A DNA stretch of 24,940 bases. Origin: a virus. This document shows, one piece after another, positions 1 through 9,014 of this stretch. The DNA is taken from positions 88,534 to 113,473 of IMG/VR virus record IMGVR_UViG_3300043811_000163; one strand, given 5' to 3'. The notes beneath the pieces were generated by a model. That model saw nothing but the letters and a program-made list of their open reading frames with translations, was not told the origin of the DNA and searched no databases. How positions within the stretch are numbered: the first letter of the stretch is position 1; each line of letters starts with the position of its first letter. A program made the translations under genes and the position numbers.

Positions 1-20
1 AAGAGAAGCTGCGGTCCCTC

Positions 21-722
21 ATGAGACTCGGGCAGGCCAAAGACGAGATGATCGAAGCGCTGCGCGTACGCATGATGCTCGGGTCGTCGATCGAGTTCTC
101 GCTGCCCCCGACTGCGGGGTCCGTTCAAACTGCGATGGCGGCTGCCGAGGTGGTTCTGGTTGATGCGTGTATGGCATACATCAGCGCTGTCGCGGACGTA
201 TTCGGCGAAATCGAGATGAAGCCTGACGTGCAAGCGCGTATGGTTCGATGCGGGAAGGCCAAAGCCACACTGACCGCCAGCCTGATCCGTGCTACGCTTC
301 GGCCAATCATGGGTCGGACTCAAAAGCGCCGGGAACGCCCCAATACACGACCCTCACGACGTGACTACCGAGAGGAAGCTCTCCCGTTCCGACTGACCGA
401 GCATGCCGCCGAGCAGTTCCGCGATCGGATCTTAGGTCCGTCCTGGTCGCTGCACTTCGCAACGAAGGAACTCCGAAGTCTCGCGAGGACCGCGGCGAAG
501 ACCGACTTTCGAGGCCGGCACGGCGAAGAAGTCTGGTTCGCCACCGACGGCGCTCCCGTGCGCTTCGTGGTCAAGGTCGACGGCGGTGAGAGGATCTGCG
601 TGACCGTTCTTGCCCCTCTCGCTCCGGCTACCGTGGGGGATCGAGACGACGAGAACGGCGAAGGTCTACGCGAGGACTCAGGAGAGCACGGGACAGATTG
701 TCCCGTCAAGCGGTTTGCGTGA
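21..722 (+). CDS. hypothetical phage protein
   Basis: 233-aa ORF with protein-like composition; no family recognised. Confidence 0.6.
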   Translation: MRLGQAKDEMIEALRVRMMLGSSIEFSLPPTAGSVQTAMAAAEVVLVDACMAYISAVADVFGEIEMKPDVQARMVRCGKAKATLTASLIRATLRPIMGRTQKRRERPNTRPSRRDYREEALPFRLTEHAAEQFRDRILGPSWSLHFATKELRSLARTAAKTDFRGRHGEEVWFATDGAPVRFVVKVDGGERICVTVLAPLAPATVGDRDDENGEGLREDSGEHGTDCPVKRFA

Positions 723-817
723 GTTGGGGCGCAGATGGGACGTCTAGCGCCCATCCCAGTGACTTAGCCACTGACGCACTGGCTACCGACGTGGCTATGG
801 CCAGCTAGCTTGAATTT

Positions 818-1525
818 GTGCCTCCCAAGACCACCGGCAAGGCCCGCTGCCCCGCGATGTGCGGGGATGGGGCCCCATGCCCTCGGTTTGCAAAGCCTGG
901 CTCAAGGTGGTGCCGCAACCACAACCCGAAGGAGGCCAAGCGCCGGAGCGAGCAAGGAAAGAAGCGATGGCAGACACGACCTCCGCCAGCGCCTCGTCAA
1001 CCGGCGAGCACAGCGCTTTCCACGTGGATCGCGCCGCCGGAGCGCACTGCGGATCCGTCGCCACCTGTCGAGCCCGACCCGACGCCAGCCGATGCAGATG
1101 CCGTGGAACCGGATCCGCCGACCGTCGAGGCCGAGCCGTTCGATCTCGAGGCTGAGCCGCTTCCGTCGGATTGGAAGCCGAAGATGGCGGACGTCTACCG
1201 GGAGCTCTGGGAGGTCCAGCGCGAGCTCAAGCAAGCCGTGCATGTGGGCGCGACCAAGATCGGCCGGCTGGCTGGACTCCAGAGGTCCATTGTCGCGGCC
1301 GCGATTGCGTCGATCCTGAGCGAAGTGTCCTCGGCGGGCAGGACGCGTATTCAGGCCCTCGACAAGATCCGCATTCAATTGATCGACGATCGTGAACATG
1401 CCATCCGAGAAGCCGAGAAGGCCGAGGCCGCAAAGCGGGCCGCTGGGCAGGCAGCTCCAGGGTTGCCGCAGACTCCTCCGTGGATGACGGACGAACCGCC
1501 AGTCGAATCGCCGACGCCGCAGTGA
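818..1525 (+). CDS. putative terminase small subunit / Zn-ribbon protein
   Basis: N-terminal C-x9-C-x10-C-x2-H cluster (CPAMCGDGAPC...WCRNH), Pro-rich linker, helical C-terminus; lies just upstream of terL. Confidence 0.45.
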   Translation: MPPKTTGKARCPAMCGDGAPCPRFAKPGSRWCRNHNPKEAKRRSEQGKKRWQTRPPPAPRQPASTALSTWIAPPERTADPSPPVEPDPTPADADAVEPDPPTVEAEPFDLEAEPLPSDWKPKMADVYRELWEVQRELKQAVHVGATKIGRLAGLQRSIVAAAIASILSEVSSAGRTRIQALDKIRIQLIDDREHAIREAEKAEAAKRAAGQAAPGLPQTPPWMTDEPPVESPTPQ

Positions 1526-1553
1526 CAACGGCGAAGGATGCGTTATGCTGGTC

Positions 1554-1719
1554 AATGACAAGGCAGGCCCGGAAAGACTCGCACAGGATCGGCGGGGATT
1601 GCATAGGATTGTCACGGCAGGCAAGGACCGGAAGTTTACGGAATCCAGCGACACGGAGTCGATAGCATCGGCTGCGGCAGGTGCGGAGACAGAGATCGGG
1701 CGTACGGAGTGATCCGGCC
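1554..1719 (+). repeat. orphan pentamer-phased GGCAGG array (3 units)
   Basis: GGCAGG at 1562, 1616, 1676; first unit is GGCA + 10 pentamers all starting with G; AATGACAAGGCAGGC (1554-1568) is identical to 6421-6435 and 6834-6848. Confidence 0.8.
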
Positions 1720-3156
1720 GTGCGCCCGATTTCGTTACTCAAGTTCATCGCGGCACTGAATCCGAGGCTGTGGGCCCCGGAACACCTACAGCCGCTCGAA
1801 GCGGTATTCGACCGCGTCGAGAGACGCGAAGCGGTTCAGGTCTTTTTGACGATGCCTCCGCGTCACGGGAAAACGGAGACCGTAAAGCATGGGATCGCGC
1901 GCCTTCTTCTAATCGATCCGAGCCGGCGGGTAGGTTACATCTCGTATGCGTCGAGACTCGCCGAGAAGAAGTCTCGCGAAATCCGCACGCTCTATCAGCG
2001 CGCTGGCGGCAAGCTCGCCCCAGACGCCTTTGCGCGCTCGGACTGGCGTACCGGAGTAGGCGATGGGGGCCTGTGGGCAGCAGGAACACAAGGCTCGCTA
2101 ACAGGAGAAGGTTTCGATCTACTTGTCATCGACGACCCGATACAGGGACGCGCACAAGCGGAAAGCGGAATCGAGAGAGAAAAACTTTGGGACTGGTTCA
2201 ATGATGTCGCGTTTACACGACTCGAGCCCGACGGGTCGATTCTAGTCGTCCATACAAGATGGCATATCGATGATCTCGGAGGTCGGCTCATTCGCGACGG
2301 CTGGACCCATATTCATCTGCCAGCCATCGATGCACACGGGAGAGCGCTCTGGCCGAAACGATACGATATCGACAAGCTCACCAGGATTCGACGGCAGCAA
2401 GGTGAATACGCGTGGAAATCGTTGTACATGGGTCAGCCGTACGCGCGCGGTGGCCGACTGTTTGGCGACCCCCAATTCTTCGATGTCCTACCGAAGCGAC
2501 TCCAGCGGGTCATAGGAATCGATTTAGCCTATTCGGCGAAATCACAAGCGGATTATTCCGTTGCTGTGACGCTCGGATTTGATGTTGAGACCACGGAGGA
2601 GATGGGCGCGAAAGCGTACATCCTGAACGTGGTGCGCCGGCAAGTCGAAGCGCCGTCCTTCATTCGAGAGCTCAACGAGCTGCAAGGCGAAAACCTCGGT
2701 GCTCCCATGGTCTGGCACTACGGCGGAACCGAGAAGGGCCTGGTCGACGTCATGAAGGCGCTTGGCGCAAACCTCGAAGCGAAGCCCGCGATCGTGGACA
2801 AGTTCATTCGCGCGCAGGAAGCTGTGGCCGCGTGGAATGACGGTCGCATCTTGATCCCGAGAAACGCGAGCGCGCTCGGGCTCGAGACCGAAGATGACCT
2901 TGTCGAGTGGTCGAACGACCTCGTGACAGAGCTCTCTGCGTTTACCGGCAAAGGTGATCTCCATGACGATCAAGTCGACGCGCTCTCGACGGGCTACGAT
3001 GCGGGCAAGACTCCCGGTTGGCTCGCGGCGATGAGCGCGGTCGAACGAAGGGGGCACGTCTTCAAAGACCCTGACGAGAAGAACAACGGTCCACAATTCT
3101 GCGAGAAATGCAATGCGTTCTCGATGGGGCCTTGCCGAAAGCAGCATGCGGCGTAG
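1720..3156 (+). CDS. terL: phage terminase large subunit
   Basis: Walker A MPPRHGKT, Walker B LLVIDDP, nuclease motifs GIDLA and HDDQVDA; GTG 1720 preferred to 1681 because 1681-1719 is array sequence and GGAG lies upstream. Confidence 0.93.
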   Translation: MRPISLLKFIAALNPRLWAPEHLQPLEAVFDRVERREAVQVFLTMPPRHGKTETVKHGIARLLLIDPSRRVGYISYASRLAEKKSREIRTLYQRAGGKLAPDAFARSDWRTGVGDGGLWAAGTQGSLTGEGFDLLVIDDPIQGRAQAESGIEREKLWDWFNDVAFTRLEPDGSILVVHTRWHIDDLGGRLIRDGWTHIHLPAIDAHGRALWPKRYDIDKLTRIRRQQGEYAWKSLYMGQPYARGGRLFGDPQFFDVLPKRLQRVIGIDLAYSAKSQADYSVAVTLGFDVETTEEMGAKAYILNVVRRQVEAPSFIRELNELQGENLGAPMVWHYGGTEKGLVDVMKALGANLEAKPAIVDKFIRAQEAVAAWNDGRILIPRNASALGLETEDDLVEWSNDLVTELSAFTGKGDLHDDQVDALSTGYDAGKTPGWLAAMSAVERRGHVFKDPDEKNNGPQFCEKCNAFSMGPCRKQHAA

Positions 3157-3167
3157 AGTAGTCGTCG

Positions 3168-3353
3168 GTGAAATCGGCCTTGCTCTGGATCTGGCGTTCT
3201 CTTCGCGGAACCTGCCTCGTATGCGGCAGGCCGCGGATGAGAAATGTGGACACGACCAAGTGCCCGCTGCACTTCGTTCTCGATTGCACGCTTCCGGAGC
3301 CGCATCGCTGTCGCGTGACTGGATCGTGCAATGGCTGGCCGAGGGACGAATGA
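3168..3353 (+). CDS. small Cys-rich hypothetical protein
   Basis: 61-aa ORF with CxxC motif, co-oriented with neighbours. Confidence 0.4.
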   Translation: MKSALLWIWRSLRGTCLVCGRPRMRNVDTTKCPLHFVLDCTLPEPHRCRVTGSCNGWPRDE

Positions 3354-3372
3354 GTAAAAAGGGAGAACAACT

Positions 3373-3750
3373 ATGATGAACGAATTTCCGATCGTCGAAC
3401 CCAAGATCGTGTGGGTCGTCGAACTGACGGAGTGCCTGGGCGATCCCGAGACCGGAGGAGTTCGAACGCAGGAGTTCGTTGTCGATTCGTGGGCGGCTGC
3501 CGTGGCGGAGGCCACGAAGACGTGGACGCCGTATCGGACGATTCGAATCGTGGCCAAGAGCGATCCGGTCGTATGCCCAGCGCAGTACGGCTATGCAGAG
3601 ACGTGGAACTGTTCTCCCGAGAGGGCCGCAATAGACGCCAGATTGTGTAAGGCAGAAGGCGAGACTCTTGAGGCCCGATGGGAAAAGATTAGAGATCGCC
3701 AGCATGCCGAATGGGCGCAGAGGGGCCGTTCGTTCTTCGTGGTCAAATGA
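3373..3750 (+). CDS. hypothetical protein
   Basis: GGGAG RBS upstream; ATGA overlap with the next gene. Confidence 0.65.
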   Translation: MMNEFPIVEPKIVWVVELTECLGDPETGGVRTQEFVVDSWAAAVAEATKTWTPYRTIRIVAKSDPVVCPAQYGYAETWNCSPERAAIDARLCKAEGETLEARWEKIRDRQHAEWAQRGRSFFVVK

Positions 3751-4091
3751 GCACCGATCCGAACACATTGCATTGCCGCGAGGACCCGACGAGCTGTCGC
3801 GGCGAAAGTTACTGCGCGTGCCAGTGCGACCAATGCAAGGCGGCGTGGGAGGCCGGCCGAGAATTCTACGCCATAAAGCTTCTGAAGCGCGCTTCGCAAA
3901 TTCTCGGGCGAAGCGTGACGGATGTGGCCGATGAAGCACGCTGCAAAGTGCTTTTTCGTGTGATCGAGGCGCTAGGCTGGACCAGCGAGAACGCTACGCC
4001 AGATGACGAAGAGAAGATCTTGGAAGAGATCCGGTCGCGTTCCAGAGAACTCGCGCATTTGCTCGGCATCATGAAATCGTGGCGCGGATGA
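3747..4091 (+). CDS. hypothetical protein, Cys-rich N-terminus
   Basis: ATG 3747 overlaps the upstream stop (ATGA); CACQCDQC motif. Confidence 0.6.
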   Translation: MSTDPNTLHCREDPTSCRGESYCACQCDQCKAAWEAGREFYAIKLLKRASQILGRSVTDVADEARCKVLFRVIEALGWTSENATPDDEEKILEEIRSRSRELAHLLGIMKSWRG

Positions 4092-4238
4092 CCGCGACTC
4101 TCACCTGGCGCCGCTGGGGCGCGTGGTCCGCCCATTTGGGAATGTTCCTAAATCGGAAGACCCAACGGCTGAGCAGTACCGTTCGTGGCTTGAGACAAGA
4201 ATCGAAGACCTTGAGCGCCGTTTGGCGGACCGTCGGAA

Positions 4239-4559
4239 GTGAGAATGCAGTACACATACGAAAGCGACCATCTCGGGTCCGGCGTGGTGCGGTCACTCGA
4301 CGAGTGGAAATTCTGGTGCATGTGGACCGATGGGGGCGATCGGTTCATTTCGCCAGAGCCGTCCGAGATCGTGGAGCTCCGTGCGCGGCTCGCGGCGTTC
4401 GGCGCGGACACGACCACGAAGGGACGCCGGCTCACGAGCGACGAACGACGACTCGAGCAGTACGAGCAAGCACGTAAGGAATTCGAAGCGCTCGCGGTGG
4501 GCCTGCAGAAGGCAAATGGCGCGGGCCAGTATGTGAACCCGAACGCCACGTCGAAATAA
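4239..4559 (+). CDS. hypothetical protein
   Basis: 106-aa ORF with coiled-coil-like C-terminus. Confidence 0.55.
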   Translation: MRMQYTYESDHLGSGVVRSLDEWKFWCMWTDGGDRFISPEPSEIVELRARLAAFGADTTTKGRRLTSDERRLEQYEQARKEFEALAVGLQKANGAGQYVNPNATSK

Positions 4560-4562
4560 TCC

Positions 4563-4591
4563 TTGACGCCTACGGGTCGAGTCCGTAAGGT
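4563..4591 (+). promoter_or_regulatory. sigma70-type promoter
   Basis: TTGACG (4563-4568), 17 bp, TAAGGT (4586-4591); upstream of the gene run leading to the RAMP gene. Confidence 0.55.
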
Positions 4592-4614
4592 TCCCGGACC
4601 ATAAGTCAGGGAAG

Positions 4615-4899
4615 GTGGCGATGCTCGAGAACGTAAAGGCGATTCTCCGAGACACGGTCGAATGGGGCGTAAGCGAGCTGCGGCGGGAAGTCCGTCATCG
4701 TCTGCGCGTCGTGGTCTGGAGTCTTCTGTACGAGGACGACGATCGATTCGAAGGCTTCGGGTCGGCCGAAGAAGCCCGACTAGCGATGGTCGCGCGCGCG
4801 CAGACTGCGTGGACTCGATCGCGTCGAGGTAGACCGAACCGCGCACTCGGGACGTGGTGCCAGAAATGCGGCGTGTCGCACGCCGGGGAGTGCTCGTGA
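4615..4899 (+). CDS. hypothetical protein
   Basis: GGAAGG RBS; C-terminal CxxC...H...C. Confidence 0.55.
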   Translation: MAMLENVKAILRDTVEWGVSELRREVRHRLRVVVWSLLYEDDDRFEGFGSAEEARLAMVARAQTAWTRSRRGRPNRALGTWCQKCGVSHAGECS

Positions 4900-5120
4900 T
4901 GAAATTCGGACACGAAATCCCCGATGTGGTCGCTGGGCCTGTGGAAAGGCACCCATTGGTCGCAGACGTATTCACGGTAGGCGTTTCGCTCCGCATGGAG
5001 CTAGAGCCCGACCGAGACGGATCGGTATGGCTGTGGCGTAAAGAACCGAACTCGCTGGTCCCATGTCTCATAGTCCCGGATGCAGGCAAACCGTGCTGGT
5101 GGTGCGGGAGCGCGCCGTGA
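4899..5120 (+). CDS. hypothetical protein
   Basis: ATG 4899 overlaps the upstream TGA; ends in CxxC. Confidence 0.5.
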   Translation: MKFGHEIPDVVAGPVERHPLVADVFTVGVSLRMELEPDRDGSVWLWRKEPNSLVPCLIVPDAGKPCWWCGSAP

Positions 5121-5272
5121 GAAGCCTTCGGGTCTGGCTCAAGCTGGCGTGGTGGTCGCTATTTCCTCCGAGACATCACTGCAAATTGTGCGCGAACTGT
5201 GGTCGATTGCGATCCCCGCATCCGGCCGTACATTGCGCGAACTGCTCGCGTCAATTCTGGGGCTGGCCGTGA
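5117..5272 (+). CDS. small Zn-ribbon protein
   Basis: GTGA overlaps at both ends; two CANC motifs. Confidence 0.45.
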   Translation: MRSLRVWLKLAWWSLFPPRHHCKLCANCGRLRSPHPAVHCANCSRQFWGWP

Positions 5273-5454
5273 GCAAGCGTATCCGGCCCGTCCGGTTCGA
5301 GCTCGTACTGACGCGAGACGAACGCAAGCAGCTCGACCTCGTGGCCGACGATCTCGACATGAGCGCGTCGGACGTGCTCCGACGAGCCTTCAAGGAATTT
5401 CAGTTGCGGTACAAGACAACGAAACAACAGGAGACAGATCATGCCGTTCGGTAA
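5269..5454 (+). CDS. ribbon-helix-helix (CopG-like) DNA-binding protein
   Basis: VRFELVLTRDERKQLDLVADDLDMSASDVLRRAF fits the RHH beta-helix-helix pattern; GTG overlaps the upstream stop. Confidence 0.7.
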   Translation: MSKRIRPVRFELVLTRDERKQLDLVADDLDMSASDVLRRAFKEFQLRYKTTKQQETDHAVR

Positions 5455-6286
5455 GAAGAAGACAGAAGGAAACATCAACTACAACCAGTCGAACATCTCG
5501 ACGCTCGCGGCGGACGCGCTCAAGAATCGGCGCAATGTGAGGGTGAGGCTCGCTGTGAGGCTCACCTTTACCACACCGATCCTGATGCAACGGTGGACCA
5601 CAAAAGCGATCCGGCAAATGCTCGGAAACATGGTAGGAATGCCTCAGCCGAGGATGAGCAAGGATCTCACTGCTGACTTTGAGGACAGCTGGTATCGAAA
5701 CCTCCACGGGGAGCCTGTGATCCCCTGCAGGATCATCAAGGCGGCCATTGTGAGCGCCGGTGGTCCCGTGGTCGGTGGGGTCGTGAGCAAGGCCGATCTG
5801 AAGCGCACGCTTCGAGTGGTCGGGTTCACTGCACCGTTGAAGTTCAAGGGCGAGAAGGAGATGTCGATCAAGATCGTGCGCAACGACAACGGCAAGCCCG
5901 ACGTGCGATCTCGGGCTCAGTTTCCGATCGGGACCACCTGTGAGGTGGTACTCGAATTCGGATTCCCGTTGACGCCCGATGGCATCGTCGCGGCGCTTGA
6001 GGGCGCAGGTACAGCAGTCGGGATCGGAGAGTTCCGACCAGAGAGCGGCGGAGAGCTTGGTTGCTTCACGGTCGAGATTCTTCCGAGCGACGCGAAAACG
6101 ATCGATCGCATTCTCCGAGCGACTTCGGTACTCGAAGACGAATTTCGAATTCCGACTGAAATGCTCAAGGCATTTGCGCAGCTGCCGGACTCGACGCTGC
6201 CGGATCCGGCAAAGAAGGTCCGATCGGCGGTGCGCCGGCAAGCCACGGAGCGCGCGCGCGCGAACGGTGCGCACGACGTCTCGTAG
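5441..6286 (+). CDS. stand-alone Cas7/RAMP-like RNA-binding protein (Vipr-like)
   Basis: N-terminal strand VRLTFTTPILMQ, IPxxxIKAAI motif, RxRAQF, and C-terminal Gly-rich loop AGTAVGIGEFRPESGGELGCFTV typical of RAMP folds; AGGAG RBS; no other cas genes in the window. Confidence 0.75.
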   Translation: MPFGKKKTEGNINYNQSNISTLAADALKNRRNVRVRLAVRLTFTTPILMQRWTTKAIRQMLGNMVGMPQPRMSKDLTADFEDSWYRNLHGEPVIPCRIIKAAIVSAGGPVVGGVVSKADLKRTLRVVGFTAPLKFKGEKEMSIKIVRNDNGKPDVRSRAQFPIGTTCEVVLEFGFPLTPDGIVAALEGAGTAVGIGEFRPESGGELGCFTVEILPSDAKTIDRILRATSVLEDEFRIPTEMLKAFAQLPDSTLPDPAKKVRSAVRRQATERARANGAHDVS

Positions 6287-6337
6287 AATGGAAGACCGCA
6301 GCGCGTTTTCTCATCCGGCGCGCTGCGGTCTCGGCAT

Positions 6338-7266
6338 GGCAGGCACGGACAGCAGTTCCGGAGCGGATAGGCAGGTGAGCAGGGGAACGGTAACGATAGA
6401 CTTCCATCGTACCGGAGCACAATGACAAGGCAGGCACGGACAGGCATGGCTCCCAAGAGCTCGGACCGCATCGACAAGGCAGGCACGGCACATAGAGTAC
6501 CGGCGTGTACCGGCCCGCAAGATACCGGCACAGGCACGGAGCGTCACGGACGGACAAGGCAGGCGTGGATGGGACACGCGGGGCGAGAGTGGAGAGTAGT
6601 GGATTGCCGAGACTTGGCAGGCGGGGAATGGAAGTGAAAGACGCATCCCGCAGCGTCAAGGTGCCATCGGAGCGGATCTTTATGGCAGGCATCGATTGGC
6701 GAGGAAATTCGAGGCGTGTCCGCGCACGACACGATTCGACACGGCAGGCCCGGAAGCACTGAGCGTGGAATGGATGGGATCGGATGGACGAGGCAGGCTG
6801 TACTAGGTCCGGTGTCCAGCGGATCGCAATCGGAATGACAAGGCAGGCAACGCATGGAAGTCATGGGACCGGAAGTGCCTCGGATGGGAGCGGAGCAGGA
6901 GTCGGCAAGGACAGACACGGCAGGCAGAGCACGGCGATAATGGGCCCGACATGGATTGGATGGGGCGGAATCGAGTCCAAAGACACGGCAGGCGCGGATG
7001 GCAGCGCGGGGAACGGACCGTAATCCAATTGACCGACTGGGAACGACACGGCAGGCAAGGAACGTATTGCAGAGCTATGCAACGTAACGGAATGGCAGGC
7101 TACGCGTGGTGCGCAGTGAGTCGGACAGTACGGACATGGCAGGCGTCGATAGTCACGCACCGGACTCGAATGTCCCGAACCGGACCGCATCGACAAGGCA
7201 AGGCAGGCACGGGCAGATGTGGCCGAGTCGGCAGGCTCGGCTACACTGCGATTTGCGAAAGGCAGG
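6338..7266 (+). repeat. non-coding pentamer-phased array, candidate guide RNA array
   Basis: 18 GGCAGG at 6338, 6370, 6429, 6478, 6558, 6616, 6684, 6743, 6792, 6842, 6919, 6987, 7050, 7094, 7138, 7202, 7230, 7261; many spacings are 4+5n (44, 44, 49, 49, 59, 59, 64); pentamers mostly start with G. Confidence 0.88.
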
Positions 7267-7276
7267 GAAGGAAACC

Positions 7277-7909
7277 ATGGCAGCGAAAGTGATTCGAACG
7301 AAGACGGCCGCGAAGACGCTGAAAAAGACCACGTCGCCTCCGAGACTTGCGCCGAGATTTGCGGTGCCGTGGCTGCCCGAATCGCAGGGCCAAACAGTCG
7401 GCGAAGAACTGCTCAAAATAGCGGCCGAGCACAAGATCAACAACATCCGAAGCCTCGACGCAAAGCTCGTCTGGGCGATCTTGAAAGACGACCCGAACCA
7501 TCCGCTCTGGAGCAGCGGAGGCTACGAGCGCGATGTGCGCAAGGCCGCGACAAGGTATTGGGTCGATCACACGAAAAAGCTCATTGCGAGCGTGCGGATC
7601 ATTACCATGACGCTGCCGAAGCGCGTGATGCATGAGCCGCTCTTTTTGAACTGCGACGCGCCGGTCAAGAAGGAAGGCAGCGTTGCGAAGAAGAGAGTGC
7701 ACGTCCTTCGTGCAGATGTGTTAGAACAAGATCCGCTTTTCATGTCAGCAATCGGTTCGAAAATCAGACGTTTGCTCGGCGTCATCCACGAACTCGAGCA
7801 CCTCAGTGCCGAGCGAGCGATCCCGGGCTACATGCAAGAGCTCATCGATGCTGTGAGCGAAGCGACGAAGCGGTACATGGGAACCGGCGTCGACGTGGCT
7901 GCGCAGTGA
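7277..7909 (+). CDS. hypothetical protein, probable accessory gene of the RAMP/array locus
   Basis: ATG 7277 with GAAGGA RBS directly after the array; pattern VGEEL...DPNHPLW...YERD..KAATRYW..LIASV recalled from phage proteins near RAMP-like genes (unverified). Confidence 0.7.
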   Translation: MAAKVIRTKTAAKTLKKTTSPPRLAPRFAVPWLPESQGQTVGEELLKIAAEHKINNIRSLDAKLVWAILKDDPNHPLWSSGGYERDVRKAATRYWVDHTKKLIASVRIITMTLPKRVMHEPLFLNCDAPVKKEGSVAKKRVHVLRADVLEQDPLFMSAIGSKIRRLLGVIHELEHLSAERAIPGYMQELIDAVSEATKRYMGTGVDVAAQ

Positions 7910-7919
7910 AGGAGAAACC

Positions 7920-8228
7920 ATGGCCATCAGCAAAGATCTCGAGAAGGCGATCGAGGACTACCGGGCGCAGCTTGCCTTGCATAAAGAGATCGAACAGAAT
8001 CACGAACGCGCCGGACAGCGAATGAGCGAAGGCTTCGAGAGTTTCCGTGAAGCCTGGACGGCGTTCCTGAATGGCGCGGATGGCGACGCGCTCCGGCAAG
8101 CGAACGTTCGTCGGGATCAGGACGAAGACTTTCGGACCGCTATCAGGAAGGCGCTGGTCGCGTCGGACAAAGAGCTCAGCCGACTCTACAACGTCATGTT
8201 CGAACTGATCATGGGAGACAAGACCTGA
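7920..8228 (+). CDS. hypothetical coiled-coil protein
   Basis: AAGGAG RBS; helical composition. Confidence 0.7.
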   Translation: MAISKDLEKAIEDYRAQLALHKEIEQNHERAGQRMSEGFESFREAWTAFLNGADGDALRQANVRRDQDEDFRTAIRKALVASDKELSRLYNVMFELIMGDKT

Positions 8229-8680
8229 TGGACACGACAGCGCCCCCGATCATTCGCCCGGACCCCAACGCGAAAGCGATGATCCGGGATCCATCGACGG
8301 GCTCGTACCGCTACGAGACCGACGCCGAGTTCGCGGACTACATGGCTCGCAAGCTCGCTGCTGCGGCCGCACCGAAGACGACCGAGATCTTGAGTGTGAG
8401 CGTCGGCAGGCGCCCGGCTGTGAAAGCGCAGGATAAAGGATTTATTTTCGTTCCTGGGCCGGGTGGAGTGCAGACCACGGGGCATCGCGATGCCGTCAAG
8501 GCCAAGCCGGAAGGCTCTCTCTCGGTCTGCATCTTCGCGATAGATTCGGCCGACAAGGGCGCCGCGTACGTGGACGCCGAGACCGCGACGAAGTTTGCGA
8601 ACGACATTCTCGACCAGGTGCTCAAATTGAAGGAAGCAATGCAGGCGGCGGTCGGCCCCGTCGATCCAACCGCGATGTGA
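8228..8680 (+). CDS. hypothetical protein
   Basis: TGATG overlap; GGAG RBS. Confidence 0.7.
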   Translation: MDTTAPPIIRPDPNAKAMIRDPSTGSYRYETDAEFADYMARKLAAAAAPKTTEILSVSVGRRPAVKAQDKGFIFVPGPGGVQTTGHRDAVKAKPEGSLSVCIFAIDSADKGAAYVDAETATKFANDILDQVLKLKEAMQAAVGPVDPTAM

Positions 8681-8684
8681 CAAC

Positions 8685-9005
8685 GTGATGCTCGTCGAGG
8701 TCTTCGATATGGCAGTTGGGGCGGCCGGCGGCATGACGTTTATGGCGATCCTGAGCCTCCGACGAGCCATGAGACGAGATCGGCCGAGCAACGAACCTGA
8801 GTCGGTTCCGTGGCTATGGATGAGCGGCTCGAAGGACGGGAAAAAGTACGCCGCGTTCTGTTGTCCGAAATGTCGCGAATGGAGCAAGAAAGACTACCAG
8901 CCTCCATTTTGCGAGTGCCATGAGTTCCCGAGAGGGCACTTCCATTTCGGATGCGTGGGTTGTAAGTTCACATGCATCATGCGAACCGCGGATGATGACA
9001 AATAG
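8685..9005 (+). CDS. hypothetical membrane-anchored Zn-binding protein
   Basis: hydrophobic N-terminus; CPKC, CEC, HFH and CVGC motifs. Confidence 0.55.
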   Translation: MMLVEVFDMAVGAAGGMTFMAILSLRRAMRRDRPSNEPESVPWLWMSGSKDGKKYAAFCCPKCREWSKKDYQPPFCECHEFPRGHFHFGCVGCKFTCIMRTADDDK

Positions 9006-9014
9006 GAGACGGCG

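Noticed and set aside
6338-7266. Canonical CRISPR array
   Set aside because: The conserved part is only ~6-7 nt, unit lengths vary from 28 to 80 nt, the intervening sequence is itself periodic, and no cas1/cas2 is present
6165-7292. Several ORFs on both strands across the array, including the 7106 start of the downstream gene
   Set aside because: Low-complexity translations (RQAR, CLPC) produced by the repeats; the likely start with an RBS is 7277
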